Source: a virus (Duplodnaviria > Caudoviricetes). From it: DNA of 33,823 nucleotides. The stretch lies in IMG/VR virus record IMGVR_UViG_3300025653_000129, positions 1 to 33,823 of that record. One strand, written 5' to 3'. The notes under the pieces were generated by a model. That model did no database searches. It was given only the letters and a program-made list of their open reading frames with translations, and was not told the DNA's origin. The position numbers and the translations under genes were made by a program. Shown in pieces: positions 26,437 to 33,823 of the stretch. Numbering within the stretch: position 1 is the stretch's first letter; every line of letters begins with the position of its first letter.

Positions 26437-26606
26437 TGGCTACACCTACTCCACTTCCATTTTTTCCTGTTGCGCCTTTGGACTATGACCAACGTTATCT
26501 TAACGAAGTCGTGCGGTCTTTCTCCACTTTCCTAGCGCAATACAATGCGTCTCAACAGGACAGCGATGAGAATAAAGCTACCGCAGTAGGGTGGTTTATG
26601 GGCTGA
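26436..26606 (+). CDS. Small 56-aa protein (MATPTPLPFFPVAPLDYDQRY...ATAVGWFMG)
   Basis: Translated by hand; TGATG overlaps on both ends; GGGAGG RBS. Confidence 0.8.
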   Translation: MATPTPLPFFPVAPLDYDQRYLNEVVRSFSTFLAQYNASQQDSDENKATAVGWFMG

Positions 26607-26926
26607 TGGCAAATGTTTATGTAAATGCAAAAGTTGACCTTACGACAACGGACGTGACCACACTTTATACGTGTGGCTCTTTTTCTACCGCAATTATAAA
26701 ATCTATTCTTGTGTCAGAGGATAGCAACAACGCGGACACGTTAACGTTAACGTTGACCAACGGGTCAAGTGTATTCAGCTTGTTCAAAGACAAAGCAGTG
26801 GGGGCCAAGGGTACAGTTGAATTATTGACCGCACCGCTTGTGGTTCAGGCAGATGAAATTTTAAAAGTCACGGCAGGGACAGCAAACAGGTTGCATGTTG
26901 TGGCTAGTATTTTGGAGATATCGTGA
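26606..26926 (+). CDS. Small beta-rich tail protein (paralogue of the 17085 protein)
   Basis: Start moved to ATG 26606 (MANVYVNAK); TLYT...ILKV...LEIS. Confidence 0.78.
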   Translation: MANVYVNAKVDLTTTDVTTLYTCGSFSTAIIKSILVSEDSNNADTLTLTLTNGSSVFSLFKDKAVGAKGTVELLTAPLVVQADEILKVTAGTANRLHVVASILEIS

Positions 26927-26959
26927 TAATGTGCGGTCAATTCATAGTGGTGGTTTGGT

Positions 26960-27775
26960 ATGGGCATTAACTTTGGTGGCATTCTAGGAGGCATTGCTGG
27001 GCTTCTAGTCCCCGGAGCAGGAACCTTCTTGGCTCCTGCTATTGGTGCAGGGTTAGGCACGTTGGCTGGTGGCGGAAGCTTTAAGAACGCTATTAAGTAC
27101 GGGCTTCTGGCTGGCGGTGCTAACACAGCCTTCAGGGGTGGTATTGGTACTGCCCTTCAAAACCACCCGATGGGTGCTAAGATTAGTGGTCAGTTAGGAA
27201 AGTTAGGTTTCATTGGAAAGCCTATGAGCACAATAGCGGGTCCAGAGAAGAAAGGTATTCTTTCAAATCCTCTTGCTCAAGCGGTTCTTCTATCGTCAAT
27301 AGTACCAGAACAAAAGACGTCTCCTTTAAGTACTGAAGGATACGATGGGACGAGTATAACTGAAAAGGAAAAGAAGGCTCGTTTAGACAACCTCTACGCA
27401 AGTTATAATGATGGCACGAGGTTTAGCACTCCTGAAGAACGGGACGAGTACGACAGGCAAATTGAGGAGGGGGATGATATTTCTCCTTTTGAAACACAAT
27501 ACGCGGCAAGGGGTGGTCTGATGGGGGGCCTAATCGAAGGCCCCGGAACAGGGACCAGTGATGATATCCCTGCAATGATCTATCAGGATGGCAATCCCGT
27601 TCAGGAAGCAATGCTTTCAAACGGGGAAGTTGTTCTGTCTCTAAAGGACTTGAGAAATATAGGTGGCGGAGACGCCGAGATGGCAGGCAAGATGATCGGG
27701 GATGCGCCCAACGGCACCCGAGGAGCCGTAGCCGCCAAGCTATTTAGAAACATGCAGGAATTTAAAAATGTCTAA
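26960..27775 (+). CDS. Putative internal virion/ejection protein 1
   Basis: N-terminal glycine-zipper hydrophobic segment; GPGTGTSDDIPAM..LSNGEVV motif; position after the nozzle. Confidence 0.65.
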   Translation: MGINFGGILGGIAGLLVPGAGTFLAPAIGAGLGTLAGGGSFKNAIKYGLLAGGANTAFRGGIGTALQNHPMGAKISGQLGKLGFIGKPMSTIAGPEKKGILSNPLAQAVLLSSIVPEQKTSPLSTEGYDGTSITEKEKKARLDNLYASYNDGTRFSTPEERDEYDRQIEEGDDISPFETQYAARGGLMGGLIEGPGTGTSDDIPAMIYQDGNPVQEAMLSNGEVVLSLKDLRNIGGGDAEMAGKMIGDAPNGTRGAVAAKLFRNMQEFKNV

Positions 27776-28886
27776 TACAGTAACACAGATTAGCAGGACC
27801 GAGATTCCTGACTACCTTCGTAAGTACCAAGAAGAAATACTGGAACGAGCGCAGGCTTTAGGTAAGGACGATGGTTTTGTTCTGCCAGAGTATAATGTTG
27901 CGGGTCGAAGTGGTTTGCAGCAACAAGCCTCGGACCTTACGGCTTCCGGTTTAGGGGCATATGCTCCTATGTTGCAGGCTGGAACAAATACACTGGGCGC
28001 AGGCATTGGCACCATGTATGGAGCAACAAACCCGTTAAACCAAGCTATGGGTTCTATCGGCGGCACGGGTCAGGCGATTAGTGGTATTCAAGGGGCCGTT
28101 GGTCAAGGGTACTCGGACCTTGCAGGAACGGGCGCACAGTTTGACCCGAGTAACATTCAACAGTTTATGGACCCGTATGAGGATCAGGCTGTTCAGCAAG
28201 CTATGACGGACATTCGCCGTCAGGGTGATCAGCAACGTTCTGGCATTGATGCTCAGGCTACTGCGGCTGGAGCGATGGGCGGGTCTCGACAGGCTGTTCG
28301 TCAGGGCCAGTTGGATGAAAGTATTTTAAACCAGCAAGGTCGCACTGCGGCAGGCATGCGGCAGGCTGGGTATCAAGGTGCCGCGCAACGTGCGCAGCAA
28401 GCTTACGAGCAGTCTATGGGCCGTCAGCAACGTGCTGCGTTGTCGGGTGCGCAGATGGGCATTCAAGGCGGTCAGGCTTCGGGGCAGTTGGGTCTTGGTG
28501 CAGGAAGTGCGTACAGTGGGCTGGCTGGTCAATATGGCTCCTTGGGCCGTGGTCTTGGGTCCTTGGGCATGCAGCAAGCGCAGCTTGGCGAGACGGCTCA
28601 GGGTCTTGGGTTTAAAGACATCAACATGCTTAGTACGATGGGCGGTCAAGAGCAGGCACAACAGCAGGCTATGCTGGATGCGCAGCGTCAGAACCAATAC
28701 CAAAATGTTATGGCTCCGTATCAACAGCTTGGGTTCTACTCGGACATTTATCAGGGTATGCCCACGGCGCAGCAGACATTCTCGCAGCAACAACAACCAA
28801 GCCCGAGTGCGATCTCGCAAATTGCGGGTCTTGGAATGGGACTGTACGGTCTACAACAGTCAAATATGTTTGGAGGTTCGAGATGA
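27768..28886 (+). CDS. Putative internal virion/ejection (DNA pilot) protein 2
   Basis: 372 aa Q/G/A-rich helical; QFMDPYEDQAV, AGAMGGSRQ, C-terminal GLGMGLYG. Confidence 0.7.
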   Translation: MSNTVTQISRTEIPDYLRKYQEEILERAQALGKDDGFVLPEYNVAGRSGLQQQASDLTASGLGAYAPMLQAGTNTLGAGIGTMYGATNPLNQAMGSIGGTGQAISGIQGAVGQGYSDLAGTGAQFDPSNIQQFMDPYEDQAVQQAMTDIRRQGDQQRSGIDAQATAAGAMGGSRQAVRQGQLDESILNQQGRTAAGMRQAGYQGAAQRAQQAYEQSMGRQQRAALSGAQMGIQGGQASGQLGLGAGSAYSGLAGQYGSLGRGLGSLGMQQAQLGETAQGLGFKDINMLSTMGGQEQAQQQAMLDAQRQNQYQNVMAPYQQLGFYSDIYQGMPTAQQTFSQQQQPSPSAISQIAGLGMGLYGLQQSNMFGGSR

Positions 28887-31800
28887 TTAATATGTCACGA
28901 AACTTTAATGGATTTGGTATGATGCCTTATCGTCCTCAGCGTGATGTTCCTGATTATGCTTTAAACAAGAACAGTGGTGGCATAGATCAGTACGGCGAGT
29001 ATTTAGAGCAGACTTATGGTGTTCCTGCGATTTCTGCAGCGCAGAATTTTGATCAGAAGCGAGATGACTTTTTGCAAAACGTTTCTCAGCAGGAGCAGCA
29101 GACATTTGGCGGTGGCATGAACAGTTTTGCACCAAGCACTAGCCCCCAACCGTCTATGGGGCGTCCTATGTTTAGCGGACAGGTTATTGGCTCGCCGTTT
29201 GGAGGCTCTGTTGGTAGTCCCTCCGCCAATCAGTCACTACCTTCCAGTCCGTATGAATCGTTCTTTGGAGGCATAGGCACACCTAATTTTAATGTACATA
29301 CTTTTTTTCAAGAAGGAGGTTCCGTGTCAGGTCCTCCCCCGACACACGGTCCTAACGCAAACGGTGTTTCAAACAGGGGCATGTTCAAGAACCGTGACTC
29401 TCGAAAAAAGTTGGCTCAAATGGGTGGCATTCTTAGCTCGTCACCGGAGCTACAAGAAACAGCCATGACGTTTGCGAACGGTGGTGGTGCTGATTTACCG
29501 GACTACATTATTAATGTTCCGGGTCTTACGGCTGAAGGTGAGTATCTGCGGATTAGTTCTGCCACTCTTGAGAAATTAAACAACGCTGTGCCCGAGGTTA
29601 TGGCTAACGCTAGTATGGTTTCCCCTGTTGAAATGGTTATCTCTGAGGGCTTTAGCAGTCTTGTAGCTAACGCACGACCCGGAGATGCGGTGGTTGGAAC
29701 TCGGGTCAATAGACTTCGGGAGCAACGCGCAGCGTCTGATCCCTCTCTTGTGCCTATGCCTCCTGAGATAGAGCAGGTTAGTTCCCCTGAAGATGTGTTT
29801 GCAGCATCCAACGCTGCAAATGACGCTAGAGATAATAGGGTAGCTCGTTCTATTGCGGCGGCGAATAATGAAGACTTGACTAGCCCAGCGCAGTTACGTG
29901 CTGATCCTCTTCAATCGAAAGAAATATTGGGAGACCCTTACGCTGGAGATATTTTTTCCGATGACCGGATTAGGGTTAGACCTCGTGAAAATGTTGGCGG
30001 TGGTATAGAAGCACAAGACGCGGCTAACTTTGAAAAAGAAAAGATTAGTGCTGCTTTAATTGAAAGCCTAGCGCCTAACAATGCACAGGGACAACCGGGA
30101 GGTATTCTTGGTAAAAGGTACGCTGAGTCCGATGATGATCTGAGAATGATAAATTCTCAAAGATATATAGAGTCTCTTATTAAAGGTAATCCTTTCAGCG
30201 GTGAGTTGTCTCCGTCACAAACAGCACGTAATCAAGAGACTCTTAGGAATACGTTAGGACGGGAAGAGATTGCGCAGCAACGGGAAGACAGCACCGAGGC
30301 TGGAAGAATAATTCGGGATGCAGCGGACACACGCGAGGCGTTTAGTGTTCCGTTGGAGTCGGGCATAGCGAAGGCTGTTCCAACAGAAGTTAATTCTGAC
30401 GCAGAGCGTCTTATACAGGCAGAGCGCGAAAGAATTTTAAAGTTGCAGGCATTAAATAAAATGCGGAAGCCGACAGTAACGCCTGCCGAAGAGTTGCAAG
30501 CGGTTACTCCAGACATTGCTGAGTTTGCAAAGTACGCAGATCAATATACAAAAATGCGTGATGATCGTGAAGTTGACATGGCTGTTGAAGCTGCAGAACG
30601 TGATGAGAACGCTAGGATTGCAGCTAGAACAGAAAAACAAGAGGCATTAAATACGTCTGAAAAAGAATTAGCGGAAAGATTAGATACAGAAGGTAGCATT
30701 TTTGATACTGCCGGAGACTACATCACTGAGTTTTTCTTAAACCCAGAGATACAGGAAAAAATTAATAGCGCGATTGAACAGTCTCAAGCGGCTACTGCTG
30801 AAGCTGTTCAAAAAAGAGTTGGCCCAGCAATCGCCGCCTCCGAAGATGCTGTTCAGGCTCTTGGCAATGAAGCTGCAATAGATGCAATGGATGCGCGTAA
30901 CGAAGCGGGGCCATATAGAATAGCTGGGAAAGGTTTTACTGGGGACGGCAGCGAAGTAGACGTTAAGATTGAAGCCGACCCTGAAGGAGCAGGGACCGTA
31001 AGTGCAGACCCTCTTAAAGCAGTAGTTCCTATTGCAAAAACTGTAACCGAAGTGGCAGCGGCTATGTCTGGTTTGGGTCCAGATGTGTTGGGTGATGATG
31101 TAAAAGGTGTTTCTAAATCGGTTGGAGACGCTGACCAACAACTAGCCGAGGAGCAAGTCTCCGCGCAAGACTCGGCTGAGGATTTGTTGAAAGAACTTTC
31201 TGCGGAAAGGGCTACCAACGAACAAGAACAGCGTCAGGTAGAAATAGAAGAGGAAGTAGACAGAAAGGTTGTCTCACCTCCTGTGACCCCTACAATTACA
31301 CCAGCGATTAAGGAAAAAATTACTACGTTAGGCGCAGAGGCAGGCATGGGCGAAAAGTTTGGTGGTGACGGCAGCATTGGAGACTTAACCAAGGATTATA
31401 CAAAGCTGCTCAAGAGCCTGCTTGGAGAGTCAGACGAGGACAAGGCTGCGCGTAAGGGCGAGTTGTTCATGCTCATGGGTGCGGCGTTGATGTCGGGCAA
31501 GTCTTCGAATGCCCTGACCAATATCGGCAATGCCTTGCAGATCGGTGCTAAGTCCGCGATCCAAGACCGCGCCACCCGCAAGAAGCGTGAGGACACCATC
31601 GGTCTCAAAGGCTTTGAGATGGCTGCAGACCGCATCGCGAAACGTGACGCCTTGGAAACGACCTTAGCGGCTGAAGGAAGGGACGAGCAAAGAAGGCTAA
31701 GGGCAACGGCAGCGCAAAATAAAGAACGACGAGACTTTGAAACTTGGAAACTTTCAAACAAAACGTATTTTGGCTCTGCTCCATACAAAGCCGTAGATGC

Positions 31801-32008
31801 GAACTTCAAGGCCCTTTTAAAAGCAGGAAGAGACAGTGCGACTATTGACTTAGTATCAGGGGAAAGTCCAAGAGATTACGCATTAAGAAAACTTAGTGAA
31901 CTTTTTGAGCCGGACAATATTGCATTGTATCTTTCTACAATAAACGCTCTTCCATCAGGAGCAGATGGCGGCGGTGGTCAAGAAGATAGCGGCGACTTTA
32001 AGATTTAG
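28883..32008 (+). CDS. Putative internal virion/ejection protein 3
   Basis: 1041 aa, A/E-rich, no Cys; hydrophobic LFMLMGAALMSG near C-terminus; GGAGG RBS. Confidence 0.65.
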   Translation: MINMSRNFNGFGMMPYRPQRDVPDYALNKNSGGIDQYGEYLEQTYGVPAISAAQNFDQKRDDFLQNVSQQEQQTFGGGMNSFAPSTSPQPSMGRPMFSGQVIGSPFGGSVGSPSANQSLPSSPYESFFGGIGTPNFNVHTFFQEGGSVSGPPPTHGPNANGVSNRGMFKNRDSRKKLAQMGGILSSSPELQETAMTFANGGGADLPDYIINVPGLTAEGEYLRISSATLEKLNNAVPEVMANASMVSPVEMVISEGFSSLVANARPGDAVVGTRVNRLREQRAASDPSLVPMPPEIEQVSSPEDVFAASNAANDARDNRVARSIAAANNEDLTSPAQLRADPLQSKEILGDPYAGDIFSDDRIRVRPRENVGGGIEAQDAANFEKEKISAALIESLAPNNAQGQPGGILGKRYAESDDDLRMINSQRYIESLIKGNPFSGELSPSQTARNQETLRNTLGREEIAQQREDSTEAGRIIRDAADTREAFSVPLESGIAKAVPTEVNSDAERLIQAERERILKLQALNKMRKPTVTPAEELQAVTPDIAEFAKYADQYTKMRDDREVDMAVEAAERDENARIAARTEKQEALNTSEKELAERLDTEGSIFDTAGDYITEFFLNPEIQEKINSAIEQSQAATAEAVQKRVGPAIAASEDAVQALGNEAAIDAMDARNEAGPYRIAGKGFTGDGSEVDVKIEADPEGAGTVSADPLKAVVPIAKTVTEVAAAMSGLGPDVLGDDVKGVSKSVGDADQQLAEEQVSAQDSAEDLLKELSAERATNEQEQRQVEIEEEVDRKVVSPPVTPTITPAIKEKITTLGAEAGMGEKFGGDGSIGDLTKDYTKLLKSLLGESDEDKAARKGELFMLMGAALMSGKSSNALTNIGNALQIGAKSAIQDRATRKKREDTIGLKGFEMAADRIAKRDALETTLAAEGRDEQRRLRATAAQNKERRDFETWKLSNKTYFGSAPYKAVDANFKALLKAGRDSATIDLVSGESPRDYALRKLSELFEPDNIALYLSTINALPSGADGGGGQEDSGDFKI

Positions 32009-32020
32009 TAGGATTAAACT

Positions 32021-33823
32021 ATGGCTACTTTTGAAGAATTAAGACGGGCTTCGAATGCAGCGTTTGATGCTGGTGACGAAGAAAGAGCAGCGAACTTAAA
32101 GGCTGACGCCCTGCAAGCCAGAGAGTTTGAAACCCTACGGTCTCAATCGAACGCTGCCTTTGACGCCGGAGATGAAGACTTGGCCCTAGAACTAAAGGAC
32201 CAAGCTCTTTCTATCCAGAAGGGCATGACCGAATCTGCCTTCACCGGAATAGGTCGTGGCATCAAGGCCGCTCCTGTAACAATGGCCCAAGGGTTGTTGG
32301 AGATCGGGGCCGCTGGCATAGATGCGTCTATAGGTTCTAACTACTCTCGTGGTGTGACAGAATCCTTTGAAGAGTTTAAGAAAAATAACGACCTCAACCC
32401 TAACACCGCTGCGGGAGAAATCACCGAGGAGATCGTGGCCTTTGGCTTGGGGTTTATTCCTATTGCTGGCTGGCTTGGTCGTGCGGGTTCCGTTGCTAAG
32501 GCAGGGCGCATTGCTAGACCATCGAAGAGCAGGTTTCTAAAGTCGGCAGAGTCGTTTGGTGATAGTGCAGCGGGTCGTGCTATGCTCAAAAATAGAACGA
32601 GGTTGGCTGGAACAACGGCACTGGCTGCGGTTGGATATGAAACTCTAATAACGCCCGATGGTCGCGCTACATTGTCGGACTCCTTTGATGTGTTTCCCGA
32701 TTTCTTAAAGACCGAAGAGGACCTCAATCTGTCAGGCAGTGCAGAAGGCGGACGCAAACTTCGCAACAAACTTCGCAGCGGCTTTGAAGCAGGGGCCTTT
32801 AGCCTTGGATTTGACATGGCCCTGCCCGTGGTGGGCGGTGTGGCAAGAGGCATTGGTGCAACTCCCGTTCTAGGTGACGGCATCTCGGCCCTTGCTCGTG
32901 GTACAAACAACGCCTTCGGCTTGGCGTTTAATTACCTTGGTAACACGGTGGTAGGAGAGAAGATTGGCAGGGGGTACAACAAGTACCTTACGGCTTCCGG
33001 TGGCGTTGATGCCAAGCTCTTTGAGGGGCAGGAAGACACGATAGCCATGAACCAAACTGCTAAATCCTTAGCCGTCTCTTACTTTTCAAGCTTTGATAAA
33101 GAGCTTTCTAAGTTTATTGGCACAACTGTTAGGCCCGGAAAAAAGAAAAACCTAATAACAGCCGCAAAAAATAACTTAGAACATTATTTAGACACAGGGG
33201 ATACTGCCTTTTTAAGAATAGGTGACGAAGGTAGTGCGCCTCTTAGCGCAGAGGCTATAAAATCTGCGAAACGTATGCTTGACTTAAACGTAGAGCATCA
33301 AGACAGGATACTTGTAGAGGTTGAGTCAGAAATAGACCGCCTGTCTGAGATGGTCTCATCGGATGTTCCAGTAGGAGACATGCCTACTGGGATGTCCTTA
33401 CAAAAGCTGCGGCTAGAGAAAGTTCGTGACACTATTAGGGAAAACCTAACTGCAAACGAACAGATGCAAAAGGCGTATCTTCGGCGCAGGTTTGACGTTC
33501 ACGAGAACCCGTTGTCTTTTTACAAGAACGGGATAGACGAGAGCGGGAAAGACTTTGCTCAAGGGTTGAACGACATTGAGCATTTTATTCGGCAAGCTCC
33601 AGAAGAGTTTGGGACTACCGCTGATCCTGCGGCGGTGAGCAGCACGGCTCGTAATGTGTTGTATGAAATCTTGGGGTTAAGCGGCGTTAAAGAAGGCATG
33701 TCTGTAAACGATGCCATGAAACAAAAAGTTCTGGCGTTAAAGACGGCTCGTAACAACTACGTTTTGCCCGGATCATCAAAGGTTGATCTAGCTACTGATA
33801 TGTTTATCGAACGGAAAGCTTTA
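32021..33823 (+). CDS. Large internal virion/ejection protein 4 (truncated at window end)
   Basis: ATG 32021 behind AGGA; frame open wherever spot-checked through to 33823 (absent from the ORF track because it has no stop); G/A-rich hydrophobic helices (GLGFIPIAGWLG). Confidence 0.8.
   Translation, partial: MATFEELRRASNAAFDAGDEERAANLKADALQAREFETLRSQSNAAFDAGDEDLALELKDQALSIQKGMTESAFTGIGRGIKAAPVTMAQGLLEIGAAGIDASIGSNYSRGVTESFEEFKKNNDLNPNTAAGEITEEIVAFGLGFIPIAGWLGRAGSVAKAGRIARPSKSRFLKSAESFGDSAAGRAMLKNRTRLAGTTALAAVGYETLITPDGRATLSDSFDVFPDFLKTEEDLNLSGSAEGGRKLRNKLRSGFEAGAFSLGFDMALPVVGGVARGIGATPVLGDGISALARGTNNAFGLAFNYLGNTVVGEKIGRGYNKYLTASGGVDAKLFEGQEDTIAMNQTAKSLAVSYFSSFDKELSKFIGTTVRPGKKKNLITAAKNNLEHYLDTGDTAFLRIGDEGSAPLSAEAIKSAKRMLDLNVEHQDRILVEVESEIDRLSEMVSSDVPVGDMPTGMSLQKLRLEKVRDTIRENLTANEQMQKAYLRRRFDVHENPLSFYKNGIDESGKDFAQGLNDIEHFIRQAPEEFGTTADPAAVSSTARNVLYEILGLSGVKEGMSVNDAMKQKVLALKTARNNYVLPGSSKVDLATDMFIERKAL

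Larger units (their letters stand above)
1..33823 (+). mobile_element. Tailed dsDNA bacteriophage (Caudoviricetes, podovirus-like) morphogenesis region
   Basis: Co-oriented terminase, portal, endolysin, capsid, adaptor, fibre, nozzle and ejection-type genes; no bacterial housekeeping context; no tail tube, sheath or tape measure recognised. Confidence 0.96.

Noticed and set aside
26905-26959. Possible promoter (GATAAT) before the ejection genes
   Set aside because: No convincing -35 or extended -10 element; too weak to call
3207-28890. Alternative-frame + strand ORFs (3207, 5764, 8028, 8613, 10144, 12552, 12776, 20519, 22132, 28378)
   Set aside because: Nested in or almost wholly overlapping better-supported genes, with no motif support
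632-33756. Numerous minus-strand ORFs of 60-190 aa in the ORF track
   Set aside because: They lie antisense to convincing + strand genes and show no recognisable motifs; expected shadow ORFs
1-33823. Stop-codon reassignment or introns/inteins in core genes
   Set aside because: Standard code gives dense full-length ORFs ending in TAA, TGA and TAG; terminase, portal and capsid are uninterrupted and of ordinary size

Overview
The whole window is the virion morphogenesis (late) region of a tailed dsDNA bacteriophage with podovirus-type architecture. All credible genes are on the + strand and tightly packed, with many ATGA/TAATG/TGATG overlaps. Gene order: two tiny Zn-ribbon ORFs, large terminase, portal, a lysis cassette (holin-like membrane proteins and an M15-type endolysin), GroES, probable scaffold, decoration-like protein, major capsid protein, a terminator and structured intergenic region, a cluster of small basic proteins, head-tail adaptor/tail genes, a roughly 9 kb multi-gene tail fibre/adhesin region, a tail nozzle-like protein, and four internal/ejection-type proteins, the last truncated by the window end. 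The gene families resemble those of abundant marine phages; an alphaproteobacterial host is plausible but is inference only. No tRNA, rRNA, CRISPR array, integrase or reverse transcriptase was seen. Top candidates for undescribed biology: (1) a short [FYML]-x-x-G-G-x-[VAT] peptide shared by otherwise unrelated basic and ejection proteins, a possible head-targeting or cleavage signal; (2) recurring terminal motifs suggesting a branched, plug-and-socket tail-fibre tree, including a three-gene paralogue cassette with repeated junctions; (3) a promoter, CU-rich anti-SD hairpin and terminator after the capsid gene (possible sRNA), followed by a leader with alternative folds over an RBS. All functional calls come from motif recognition and synteny; no searches were run.
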